Assembly: GCA_002269645.1 (NCBI GenBank)
Contig: NIVC01000651.1
Coordinates: 24,460-88,459 of the forward strand
Reading direction: 5' to 3'
DNA from: Macrostomum lignano
Taxonomy: Eukaryota
DNA: 64,000 nt
A program made the position numbers and the translations under genes. Below the pieces are notes generated by a model. The model did no database searches. It was not told where the DNA came from and worked only from the letters and a program-made list of their open reading frames with translations. Below, piece after piece: positions 1 through 11,325 of this stretch (positions are counted from its first letter, which is position 1; each line of letters opens with the position of its first letter).

Positions 1-392
1 GGCCCAGCGGCCGCAGTGGCAGCAGCGGAGGCCGCGGCAGGAGCGGCGACAGGCAATGGGCGGTAGCTGCCCTTTGGCATGACAATTTGGCGTCCGCGGA
101 AGACGCCGGGCTCGAGGCGGCCGTGCAGTTCGGACACGCCAAACCTGTGCAGGCTGTCCAAGCGCAGGCAGCAGTTCAGGTCGGCGCCGTCCGGCGACAG
201 CAGAGCGGGGTGGCCGGCGGAGGCGGCGGCCGCGGTGCAGACAGGCAGGTGGCGGTAGAAGACAGCCGGCGTAGCGGCGCCGAAGCAGCAGAAGGTGCAG
301 GCGTAAGCAGGCGGCTTGTCCTCGGGCAGGCCAACCAGGCAGTGCATTCGGCTCATGTGCTGCCTGCAATGCCGGCACAGATTTAGCCAAGC
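1..392 (-). CDS. Internal exon of a zinc-finger protein gene (partial; continues off the window edge)
   Basis: Manual minus-strand translation is open from a CAG acceptor at ~393 to position 1: AWLNLCRHCRQHMSRMHCLVGLPEDKPPAYACTFCCFGAATPAVFYRHLPVC... Contains a CxxC...H-x3-C finger-like motif and is GC-rich. Exact joining to the 1626-2779 exon is not resolved. Confidence 0.6.
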
Positions 393-434
393 CTGCTCTG
401 CTTGCGAAATAAATGAGCTTTTAAGGTCTCCCCC

Positions 435-1225
435 AGTCTCATGGAGATTGGGCTAGTTGTGGGTCACCCCCACAGTCTCATGGAGATTGGGCTAGTTGTG
501 GGTCACCCCCACAGTCTCATGGAGATTGGGCTAGTTGTGGGTCACCCCCACAGTCTCATGGAGATTGGGCTAGTTGTGGGTCACCCCCACAGTCTCATGG
601 AGATTGGGCTAGTTGTGGGTCACCCCCACAATCTCATGGAGAGATTATGACAGTTGTGGGTCACCCCCACAGTCTCATGGAGAGATTATGACAGTTGTGG
701 GTCACCCCCACAATCTCATGGAGAGATTATGACAGTTGTGGGTCACCCCCACAATCTCATGGAGAGATTATGACAGTTGTGGGTCACCCCCACAGTCTCA
801 TGGAGAGATTATGACAGTTGTGGGTCACCCCCACAGTCTCATGGAGAGATTATGACAGTTGTGGGTCACCCCCACAGTCTCATGGAGAGATTATGACAGT
901 TGTGGGTCACCCCCACAATCTCATGGAGAGATTATGACAGTTGTGGGTCACCCCCACAGTCTCATGGGGAGATTATGACAGTTGTGGGTCACCCCCACAG
1001 TCTCATGGGGAGATTGGGGTAGCTGTGGGTCACCCCACAGTCTCATGGGGAGATTGGGGTAGCTGTGGGTCACCCCACAGTCTCATGGGGAGATTGGGGT
1101 AGCTGTAGGTCACCCCCACAATCTCATGGAGAGATTATGACAGTTTTGGGTCACCCCCACAGTCTCATGGAGATTGGGACAGTTGTGGGTCACCCCACAG
1201 TCTCATGAGATTGGGGTAGAACATG
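435..1225. repeat. Intronic minisatellite, 39-bp units grading into 41-bp units
   Basis: AGTCTCATGGAGATTGGGCTAGTTGTGGGTCACCCCCAC recurs at 435 and 474 (period 39); TCACCCCC recurs at 661 and 702 (period 41). About 19-20 copies. Confidence 0.95.
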
Positions 1226-1625
1226 TGGGTCACATAATTAGGCTGCCAGTGACAATTCACTGCCAAATTTCACTGCCAGTGATAACAGACTGTAAGACAG
1301 CTGACTATAAAGAATTTGATATTTTGACAGTGAGTTTTGCTCTCAATTTCTTGGTTAGATCAATGAATGCAAAGGACCTGGCTCTAGGCAGCAGTGCTCC
1401 ATTGAATCGGTAAACATTGATAGCAGTGTGCAATCTGGGGCAATCTGCAGCCAAATTTCGGAATTCCGGTTCATATGAACTTCACTCTGCGAAAACAGCG
1501 TCTTCGTAACCTTTTCATGTGCTAAATCTTAACTAGCAGCTTGTTGGGCCTTTCAGTAGCAGCGGCCTTCAGGCCTTCAAGGCGCATACAAGATGCATGC
1601 CCCTCACAATCTCCAGATCGCGCAC

Positions 1626-2779
1626 CTGAATGCCTGCGCATCCCTGGTCCCGTAGCGGTCCAGCGCGCAGGAGTAAACTCCGTCATCGCTGAGGTGGCCT
1701 CGCTGGTAGTGCAGCAGCACTGACAGCTCTGTGTCGCTGCGGAACGAGCACGAGTGGCAGCGGAATTTAAAGGACGCTAGCAGGTGGTCGACACTCGGCA
1801 GATCGGCCAGCTGCTCCGCCTCCGCGGTAGCGTCCGCCTCCTCGCCTTCCTTGTCTCCCGCGTAGGCAGTCCGCACCAACGCCAGCCCGGTGTCGAACAG
1901 GAAGCGCGCAGTCGGCCGCAGCTGCTCGACGCCACTGGCGCCCGCGGGCTCTGCCGCCACCAGCTGCAGCCGCTTCTGGTGCACGAACAGGTCACCAGCC
2001 CGGTGCGGCACCTGGCTGTAATTCAGCACCACCATGTCGGAGTCCGGCCTCAGACCCGCTTCGCCTTCGCTGAGCAACTGCGGCCCGGGGCACGCCGGAC
2101 GCGACTGAAGATTGGGCGCCCGGGGCCTTGTTGCTGCTGCAGGTTGGGGATGCTGGCGCTGCTGATGCTGAAATTGCTGGATTGGCCGCTGAGGATACTG
2201 GAGTTGCCGCTGATAATACTGAGGACGTTGGAGTGGCCGCTGCTCAGTATGCTGGAGTGGCCGCTGCTCAGGATGCTGGAGTGGCCGCTGCTCAGGATGC
2301 TGGAGTGGCCGCTGCTCAGGATGCTGGAGTGGCCGCTGCTCAGGATGCTGGAGTAGCCGCTGCTCAGGATGCTGGAGTGGCCGCTGCTCAGGATGCTGGA
2401 GTAGCCGCTGCTCAGGATGCTGGAGTAGCCGCTGCTCAGGATGCTGGGTCAGCCACTGCTGTTGATGCTGAATGGGCCGCAAAGGAGTTCCCGCAATCGC
2501 AGACGGGGCAGCAGAGGCAAACGGAATCCACGGCAGTGGAATAGGCGGCCTCGAGTGGGGAGGTTTGTGCGCATTGCACGGAGGCGCCGGCATGGCCAGC
2601 GTGGCGGAGCTGGTGGCGGACTTCAGCAAGCCTGTCTGTTGGTGCTGGTTCAGTTGGCCTTGCGGCTGGTAGAACTGCTGCATGGAGAGCTGCTGGTACC
2701 ACTGCTGATGTTGCTGCTGCTGCTGCAGACTCGCCGCTTGCTGGCCAGAGATGCCCAGCCAAGGCTGCTGCTGCTGCAT
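1626..2779 (-). CDS. Q-rich exon of a C2H2 zinc-finger protein with an 8-aa (24-bp) coding repeat
   Basis: ORF 1604-2779 is poly-Q/P rich at the N-terminus and has LQHPEQRP x~10. It carries the finger FRCHSCSFRSDTELSVLLHYQRGH and a probable donor TTCAG|GTGCG at 1626/1625. Confidence 0.7.
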
Positions 2780-3170
2780 TGGGTCTCTGCTGATAATAGC
2801 GATCAGAACCCAGGAATGTGGTCAGTGCATGCAAGCAGGCGAACATTTTTTAGCTTATCATTGACAGACAAATCAATGAGCACTGGCTGTGTTCCTTTTG
2901 TTGGCTTCAATGACAAGTAAAAATAGTGATGGGCATTGGAGCTAATAGAATTTTGAAATAAGCTAATAATTTTTCTAAACTTCCTAAATGCATATTTACT
3001 CAAAGTAGTTCTATTAGCTACATTTTAGAACTGATTTTAGAGTGATAAATTAAGGGCACTGAGAACACAAGGTTGATGGTATTTTTATTATTTTGTTCAC
3101 TTGATCTGGTCAGTGCAGAGCTATTATGTTGCCTGTTTCTTTTGTGTAATGTGATGTTCCTGCTTCAACC

Positions 3171-3635
3171 AGGAGCACAAGAATAGCCCATAGACAAATT
3201 GCCTGTAGAAGATTTGCCTGTAGAAGATTTGCCTGCAGGAGATTTGCCTGTAGAAGATTTGCCTGTAGAAGATTTGCATGCAAGAGATTTGCCTGTAGAA
3301 GATTTGCCTGCAATGCAATTTGTTCACAAGTGAATTGCCTATGAAGTTTTTTTCTTGCCAAGGTTTGCCTGTAGGCCTACAAAGTTTTTTTCTTATAGCA
3401 CATTTAGCCACATGGCAGATTTGTCTGCATTGCCTCCCCATTGCTTAGTAAGTCTTAATAAAGGGATTGAACCTAAATGTGCTATAGGAAAAAAGCATGC
3501 AGACAAATCTTGGTAGGGAATTTGCTTGCAGGCAATCAATTGAGAGCAAATTGCACTGAAGGCAAAGCTTAATGGGCAAATCTTAATAGGTAAATCTTGG
3601 TAGTCAACTTGTCTATGGTCAATTCTTATAGACCC
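3171..3635. mobile_element. Foldback/Mutator-like MITE (~465 bp) with internally repeated TIRs
   Basis: Left arm AAGAATAGCCCATAGACAAATTGCCT plus 15-bp GATTTGCCTGTAGAA repeats. The reverse complement of the right arm reads AAGAATTGACCATAGACAAGTTGACT. Flanks GCTTCAACC (3162-3170) and ACTTCAACT (3636-3644) form a degenerate 9-bp TSD (7/9). Confidence 0.6.
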
Positions 3636-5829
3636 ACTTCAACTATCATTTGCTTAATAGATCTGAATCATCTAGTATAGCAGTCAACATGCTTTTGTTT
3701 GAAGGCATTTTAATTTTAAAGTGCTTTCAAATAAATAGTATTCATTTTTACAATGTATTTCAAGTCAAAAGAGCTGCTTGACCTTTGCAAAAAGCATGTT
3801 TTTAGAATATTTAATATCTTTAGCATCAAGCAATTTTTTAGCCATGTTGTATATACTGTCACAAAACAATTTCTGATTGAACAGTGCAAGTTCAAAAAAA
3901 ATTGGCTGAGCCATTTTTGCTAAAATGGATTACATACCTACTTAGATAGATAGATAGATACTTATTACTGACAGACAATTTTTAGTACAAGTATATATAT
4001 ATGGATTTTTTGTGACTAATAGTAATTTACAAGCATACAAACATTAGAGATTTAGTATATTTGGATAATACACTTGGCCCATTCCATATAAGATGGACAT
4101 ACTTGGAAAATAGAAAAAAGTCAATATTTTTGCTTGTCATTGCCTTATCAGCAAATTTTTTTTACCAAATCTTTTTTGTAGGTAATGTATACAATCTAAG
4201 AATAAATAAATGATTAAATGTTGGATTAGAATGTTATCAATTGGCAAAAAGTTATTTTTGTAAAAATTGGACATTTTCTAAGCAAAAGACATCATTAAGT
4301 CTATGTACCTTTTAAAAACAAATAGAAAGCTTTAGAAGGTTAAAACAAACTATATATAAAATTATAGTACTTGTATCATCAGATAAAAGCATTAGCAACC
4401 ATATAATCTATTATATTTTTAATATATTAGTACTTCAAAGTTACTAAATTGACAGAAAAAATATATTACAACCATAATGTTACAACCATAAGGCTGCCTT
4501 TTCTTTTGTATCTTTGTTGCCTTTTTGAGTTTATATATTCTAATAAGAGTATGACTTCTAAAGATGTTCTTATTCAAATTTAAAAAAATTATTGCAAAAT
4601 ATCAAAAATGAAAAATGGTATAAGACTTTTACCTTTTTGTTTCTATATGTCAAAAATCCTGTTGTTACGACCATAAGTGGTTTAATAGCATCTATACTAA
4701 TGATGATATCTATATGAAACTTTATAAACATATTCTTGACAAAATAATCTTTCATTCAAAATATTGGTTTAGTATATTCTATTATTAGATTTCATTTTAT
4801 AAGTAAAAATAGTCTGTCATGTTACGACCATAATTATATAGAATGGCCCACTTGTAATATATCAATTTTTATACAAAATTTACCTTTTATAAACTGCCAA
4901 TTTTATTGATTAAGTTTCTTTTTAATCCCTATTAAATTGTAGAATTGTAAGACAATAGTTAGAATTTCTTTAAAACTATCTTAGCTAACCTATAGACATT
5001 TACTAAGGAAATATAGAAAAGCCACAAATAAAATCGATCCATTTCAAACATAATAAAAATAAATTACATGCTACTTTTGCTAAAAAATCTCTATTCTAAG
5101 TGAAAGTAAATAGCATGATATTAATAAAGTAGATTAATATCATTAAATTTATGATATAAATTTTATAATGTAAATAATTATAAAATGGTTTGTTTTTATC
5201 CTGATTGAGATAGGCATACAAGTTTAGCCTTAAAATTAAATTAGGCCTAAGGCTTAATGTTTAGACAAAGAATAATTCACAAAACTGTTAGTTTTACCTT
5301 GAATTTATTTATTAAGAAAATACATACTCCTAGAGAATTTATGACATTTTGTCCAAGGGACATTTTGTCCAGGACACTTCATTCAAAAATGTTGGGGCAT
5401 AACATTTTGTCCAAAGGGTATACAACATTTTGTCCAAAATTTTGTTAATTTTAGTCTAATTGATTGAAATGTTCATTGTTGAAAAGGGTGCATTCAGTAA
5501 AGGGTTCAAATGTCAAACAGGTACCACTTATGTTTGCACTAATGTCCCATTGAAAATCAAAGGATTACGAGAAGGTACAACTAATTGTAATCAAAAAATA
5601 AATAATGAGACCATACAAGTATGTGTATATGTGCCTGTGCATTTACATTTTAAAATTCTTTCTAACATTTTAAAGGTCTTTGACTGCTTTATTGAGTGCA
5701 GCAATCTGGGCACATACTGTCCAACTCTTGACATTGCAGACTTCAAGCAAGGCACGTACATATTACCTATGTTACATATGCAAGCTATACTGTTAATTTG
5801 TTATATGTCATATTTCAAACTATAATTTC

Positions 5830-6380
5830 TACATGTTCAACCACTTCATACATGTAGGACTGTGGAGGGCCATCAGGACAATACTGCCAGGGGTTAAGCT
5901 GCAAGGATGCTACTTTCATTGGACTCAGGCAGTCTAGAGACATATGCAGACTTCTAGACTTGCTGTGCATTATGCTAAGCATGGTACAGTGCACAGGGTT
6001 GTCCAGCATATCTTGTCCCTACCTTTTCTCCCAGCTGACAATTGCTGAGGTGTTCTCCATCATCATCTGAGACAGCCAGCACAATAAGCAGTTGTCACAA
6101 TTGGCACAGTACATTTGCTCAACTTGGGTAGTGCCATTTTCCCTGTTGTATCATGGAGCGTTTACTGGCACACTGTCCACACAAACAATGATGTTGAAAG
6201 CTAGCATCGCCACCTTAACTCTAAAGCCCATGGCTCTTTGTTGCCTATGTATCAGCTTATTGGCATTCTGCACAAGGAGGCTTAGTTGATTCCAATACAA
6301 AAACAGCTTCTAGACTAGGATGTTGTGCTGTAATACCAATGTAAAGTGTCAAAGACAGTCCAGGGACACATTGCTCATTA
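5830..6380 (+). pseudogene. MULE (Mutator) DDE transposase C-terminal fragment with in-frame stops
   Basis: Manual translation in one frame: LWRAIRTILPGVKLQGCYFHWTQAV*RH...ILSLPFLPA...SWSVYWHTVHTNNDVES*HRHLN...LYQLIGILHKEA-like. The CxxH motif and the TNNxxE catalytic-Glu motif of MULE transposases are present. TAG stops at 5935 and 6202. Confidence 0.8.
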
Positions 6381-6664
6381 GCGACAACTTCTAAAAAAAG
6401 GACAAATTAGCCCCAATAGCTTCCTGAAGTCTGTGAGCCTTATTTATTTGTCAAAATTTGTCAAACCTGATGCATTGCCTGGTTAACATTTACATTAACA
6501 TGGCATTCTATATGTGTGCTTTGTGGGTAGCCATAGGCTGTGTACAAAGTAGGTTAGGGGTGGCAGGGTGGCATCTGCGTTGGGGGGTTGTCACAGTTGG
6601 CTAGCTTTTTAACCCCCAACTTTTGCTCTGTTTGCAGTGTCGCACACCTGCTCAATTTTACGCG

Positions 6665-7350
6665 ATGGCTAGCCTTGCTAAACTTATAACCCAAAAATTG
6701 AAAGCCTAACTCTCTGTGGCTGGCCAGCCAACTACTGGTAACAAGAGAACTCTGTTAGCACATCTGAAAAGTTTGCAAGGTAGAGACCCTGAATAAGACA
6801 ACTCAACTAGCAGACAAGAGGAATCAACTGACAGCAAGACCAATAGCCAACTGCAGCCCTAGCCACTGCCCCCCTAACCACCACTGCTCGACAAAGGGTC
6901 AGACTTTGCGCAATAAGATCAAAGCAACCAAGGAAGGCATCAGGCTATTGAGACTCCAAAAAGAGGAAGCAGAGTTGACAGCCAAGCTTAGCAACAGACA
7001 CCATGGCATAAAGATGTATGGTAAGCTAGCTTTTTTTGCTAGTTGGGGCACCACATATTCAGCCTTAGAGAATATTCCCCTCCTGGAGCAAGATGCTGAC
7101 CCCACCAAGAGGGGGCCACTTCTCATACCTGACTTTATCAAAGACTCTAGAAATGTCAGCATTGGCAATAAGAAAGGAACAAATACCAAACAGAAGCCAC
7201 TAGAGCAGATTAGCATTGGCGAGTGGATAAGTGCAAATGCGAGAATTCTCCAGTCCCTGATCAAATTTGGGGAGATGATTGACTGGGAAGTGTGTGCTGC
7301 TCCAAGGTTGCATAAGTACCTTGCCTATAACCACCAGTTAGGCAAACTGC
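6665..7350 (+). pseudogene. Degenerate ORF with an N-terminal SAP-like domain and a gag/ORF1-like C-terminus (possibly DIRS/Ngaro-type)
   Basis: ATG at 6665 gives MASLAKLITQKLKA*LSVAGQPTTGNKRTLLAHLKS (SAP pattern). After a frameshift, ORF 6906-7388 contains LEQISIGEWISANARILQSL...YLAYNHQLGKLL, which by recollection resembles YR-retrotransposon ORF1. Family assignment needs an HMM search. Confidence 0.4.
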
Positions 7351-7726
7351 TGAATATTGGCAATAGCATATTACATATACCATTTTAAATAATGTTAGTA
7401 CTTAAAGTTTTACTGCAATGCTATTGCAATGCACTGCTACATACTTAAATGCACTCTCATCCAAACACTTCTATCAATTAGACTAAAATTTGTATATTGG
7501 ACTTAGACAAATTGTTGTGCCCATTGGACAAAATGTTGTACCCTTTAGACAAAATGTCTCATTTGGACAAAAAAAGACCTAGACAAAAAGTCTTTGGATA
7601 AAATATCCTATTCCCGTCATAGATAGTAACTAGGCCTAGTATTTACTATTAAGTTAGTTAATATTTAAACATCTAAATATCATGTTATAAATTATAATCA
7701 TATAGGCCCCCTACCAATGGCATATG

Positions 7727-7986
7727 CTAGGGTTTTTTTTCGCCAGAGACAAGGTGTAAAATCACACCTTGTGCCAAATTTCAAGGTGCGATTTTAAGGC
7801 TCAGAGTGCAATTTCTCTTGAGTCTTGTTTCAGACAACTGGGAACATATAGACATGTCTTATGTCTATATGGTTATGGTTAAAATGGTTATAAGACCGCA
7901 CCTAAATTGCACCTACTTTTTTAATTTCAAGGTGCAATTTTAAAATTTAGGGTGCATATGCACACTCTGCGCATAAAAAAACCCAA
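7727..7986. mobile_element. hAT-like MITE (~260 bp)
   Basis: Ends (C)TAGGGTTTTTTTTCGCCAGAG and CTCTGCGCATAAAAAAACCCAA are imperfect inverted repeats. An identical 8-bp flank GGCATATG lies at 7719-7726 and 7987-7994. Confidence 0.55.
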
Positions 7987-8975
7987 GGCATATGACTAAG
8001 ACCACCACACACCAAGACCACTACAGCTATTGTTGGCTTATTGAGAGGGAGCTACTAATTATTGAGCATATTAAGGGGGGCTACCAATCTTCTAGCATTG
8101 CTATTCCTCTCATAGGTTCTTTTCTTGTAGCCTTGTCCTGCTGGCTCTCTTATTCACTTATCTCTCCTCTAGCACCATCTAATAACACATTAAATCAAAT
8201 TTCTTCCTTAGCTCCCCCAAGTGTGGTAGTCTTGGTGTGTGGCGGTCTTGGTCCTACACTCCCCTACCAATAATACCTAGGCCTATACTAGGCTAGGCCT
8301 TATGTTATAGCAAAGGCTAAAAGAACTAGGCCTATAGAGTAGGCCCTATTTATTGATTCAATGAATCAATAATTGCAATAAACTTTTTAGAACTTGATAT
8401 AGGCCTAGTAGTTGGGGTAGGCTAAAGGTCTAATTAATATAGGCTTAGCCTCATAGGTTTATAGGCCTAGGCTTAGGCCTAGCCTATAGATTTTATGGTT
8501 TAGGTCCTAGTAAATTTAAGCCCCTAAGCCTAAGCAAGCTGGCCCTAACACTTAGGCTTAGGCTTAGCTAGGCCTAATGACTAGGCCTAAATGAGCAAAG
8601 ACCAAAGCAAAGGCCTATATAGGATGTAATCACAATGGGCCTAAAGCTAATAAATGGGGCTCTATTTTAATTTAGGCCTATTTATTAAACTTGCTATTTA
8701 GCCATTGGAATGATACTTAGATTAAATTTTAGTATAGGCTATACGCTATAGGATATCAAGATAATAGCAATATATAAGCCTAGGCCTATTAGTATTAGTA
8801 TTATTAGGACATGGACATTAAGTTTATATAGAAATAAAAGCTAGGGCCTATCTAAAAATACTTTTACACGACTTTTACCATGGCTCATTTCACACAAATT
8901 GTCTAGTTAATCCCCGATCTACCGGTCAAACTCTACATAGTCTTACGATTCGGCCTTAGGCCTATCTATGCATGA

Positions 8976-9238
8976 GGCTTTTCATATTACCAATTCCAGA
9001 ATCAGAATCGGTTATTAGGATCTTCCAAGAAAAAACAGCAGTATAACTATTTAATTCTGTTGAATGTTTGACTGCCTTAACAACCTCACTTAGCACAATT
9101 TTTCACTTTCTTCTTGGCGATTGTCATTCAATAATAAAAACTTTATAGCACGTATCTCCCTCTAGTTATGGAGACAAAAAGTTTTACTTCACAAATTGGT
9201 TCTGGTTCTGGAACCAGAACAAGCAATATGAAAATGCC
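8976..9238. mobile_element. PIF/Harbinger-like MITE (~260 bp)
   Basis: GGCTTTTCATATT at the left end and AATATGAAAATGCC at the right end (inverted). Flanks are TGA and TTA (imperfect 3-bp TWA-type TSD). Confidence 0.4.
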
Positions 9239-9939
9239 TTATAGGCAAGGCTTGCGGCTAGAGTCCCGACAACCCGGAAAATTATATTGCATTTGTTAAA
9301 TCTCATAAGCAAAGTTTCTAAAAGGATGTATCTCTCCAAAAATATTCACAAATTTTACCTTGAATTTACCTGTGTAAAAAGAGGAAACTCAATTGGGTTC
9401 TTTTAATGTGCTTAAAATGTGCTCAGTACAATTTCTTGGAAATATATTATCAATAACACTGACTTCCATTTACAAAAGGCTGACGACAGGTTAGGACCTT
9501 TATCACCTCACCATTATCTTTTAGTGCACTCAAAGTGCAATCCAATTACACTCAGCAAAGTGCAGTGCTAAATTTGAGTGAAACCAGTATGAATTAGTCA
9601 CCCAATCAATACGTTAGTCTGCATATCGAATTTCTTCCATAACAGGGGGCTGGATCCGAGATTTGTCTTAAGAAAGAGGTTTTTCTATAAAAGTTTATGT
9701 AGGGGTAATGTAAATCGGTAATGAGCCATCAATACTTGCATATGACATGTCTGCCAATGTCCCTGGCCTGTTAGGACTACTAAGAACTGCAAAATGCAAT
9801 AAAACTGGGCAAAATCTGCCCCGGGACTATGCACGGCAGGAAAAAAAGCATTGCGCGGGCAAATCGTCAGTGGACAAGTCTCATGAACTCGTTAGTTTCT
9901 CTGTGCTGATTGTGTAATCAGGCCCATAAGAGCGATCGC

Positions 9940-10004
9940 GGGCGTGGTGTGCAGTTCGTCACTTGGGGCGGAGATCTGACGCAAATTGACGCAAATGACG
10001 CAAA
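9940..10004. promoter_or_regulatory. Cluster of promoter-like motifs (KLF/SP boxes, three TGACGCAAA)
   Basis: GGGCGTGGTGTG at 9940-9951, GGGGCGG at 9965-9971, and TGACGCAAA at 9977, 9987 and 9996. It lies in a CpG-containing island between the MARF1 3' end and the zinc-finger gene. Confidence 0.35.
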
Positions 10005-11325
10005 TTATAAAAAATGCCTTTTTTCTGTGTCACTACTAATTAAACCTTTGATCTCTTCTGAATTCAAGTCGCTAATAAAGTAGCCTAAGTCTATTAAAGT
10101 ACATGTAGGTCCATGGATCGATTCGAGAAGTTTCGGGAACGAGAAAATTCCAATTCTTTTCGGTGCACTTGTTTTCACTGGTTGCAGAAATTTCCTGCAG
10201 AAAATATTGAGCTTTTGTTTGTAATTTAATGCATGCATGTGCGTACATGTACCTGTACTGTGTGTAGATTCTGAATCGGTGTGCAGCTCTCAGCCTCACT
10301 TGGAGATACACATACAGAGCACGCATATACGTGCACTGGGAGGCGTCAGTAATCAAAATCCATAAGGCCAAAAAAGAAGCAAATTTAAGGTTGAAAAGTT
10401 TAATTTTTCCTTTATTTGAAATTGAAAAAAGCACAAGGAAAGGCGGTCTCTATCAGCTAAAAAAGAACAACAATGATTTGAACCATTCTTACTTGCAAGT
10501 TCGCTAGCAGGAAACTCCGGAAAAAAACAGGCCAACCGAAAAGAAAAAAATAGCGTGGGTAAAATTGGGGCATTGAAGAACAGAGTCAAAAACTCAAAGC
10601 CTGTCTCTGCAGCCAGCTGATGGCGAGTTGCAGCTTCCACGAACTCGGAGTCCTGAAACAGCAGCCACTGCGAGAAAGGCCGGACCAAAACAGCAAGTGG
10701 AAACACTAATAATAAAAAATCCCGTGACCAAATGGCAGCATAAAGTGCCAAAATATGAGAAAATAACAAAAGCAGAGAGCAGAGCCCGCTCAAAGGGCAG
10801 AGAAAAAAACAAAAGCGGGACGAGATGGGGCAGGCAGCTAGAGAACAGTAGCTGATGAGGTGCGAGTCTGGGCGGGGACAACGCCAATGAGACTGACTTT
10901 CAATCATCAGCTGGCAAGCGGTGCGTAGAAGTTAAAGGCGAATAAGAGGGCCGTATGCTATAGATAAACCTTTCACAACTAAGGTTCAATGAGCTCCCGA
11001 GCAGTGAAACCTGGATATTGCCCGAGGAGGATGACGCAGAGAGACAAAAGCGAAATGGCTATAAAACACTGAAAAGGGTGGCGCTAGAAAACGAGAAGGG
11101 CGGGATTTACAGAAAATGGTGCTGAGCTGTCAGCCAACCCCACCTGGGGCGACGGCTGTGTCTGCAAGAAATCTTCCAATGTAATTGGAGTCTGAAAATT
11201 CTAAAACCTTTTCTTTGTTTTAACTGCAGCAGCAACTCCAGTAAGCTTAGATTATCATCATTTCGAGTTCATTTCCAACTTCTGGACAATGAACCGAGCT
11301 GGTCCGTGACCGGAGCCCCGCCAAC

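Larger units (their letters stand above)
5333..7615. mobile_element. Decayed Mutator-like DNA transposon (~2.3 kb) with subrepeated TIRs
   Basis: Arms at ~5333-5500 and ~7445-7615 are inverted copies: both carry ACATTTTGTCC subrepeats followed by TTTTAGTCTAATTGAT. They enclose a MULE transposase relic. No convincing TSD was found. Confidence 0.65.

Noticed and set aside
10353-10907. 184-aa Phe/Leu-rich ORF
   Set aside because: Low-complexity T-rich sequence downstream of the MARF1 stop, probably 3' UTR; no domain signal.
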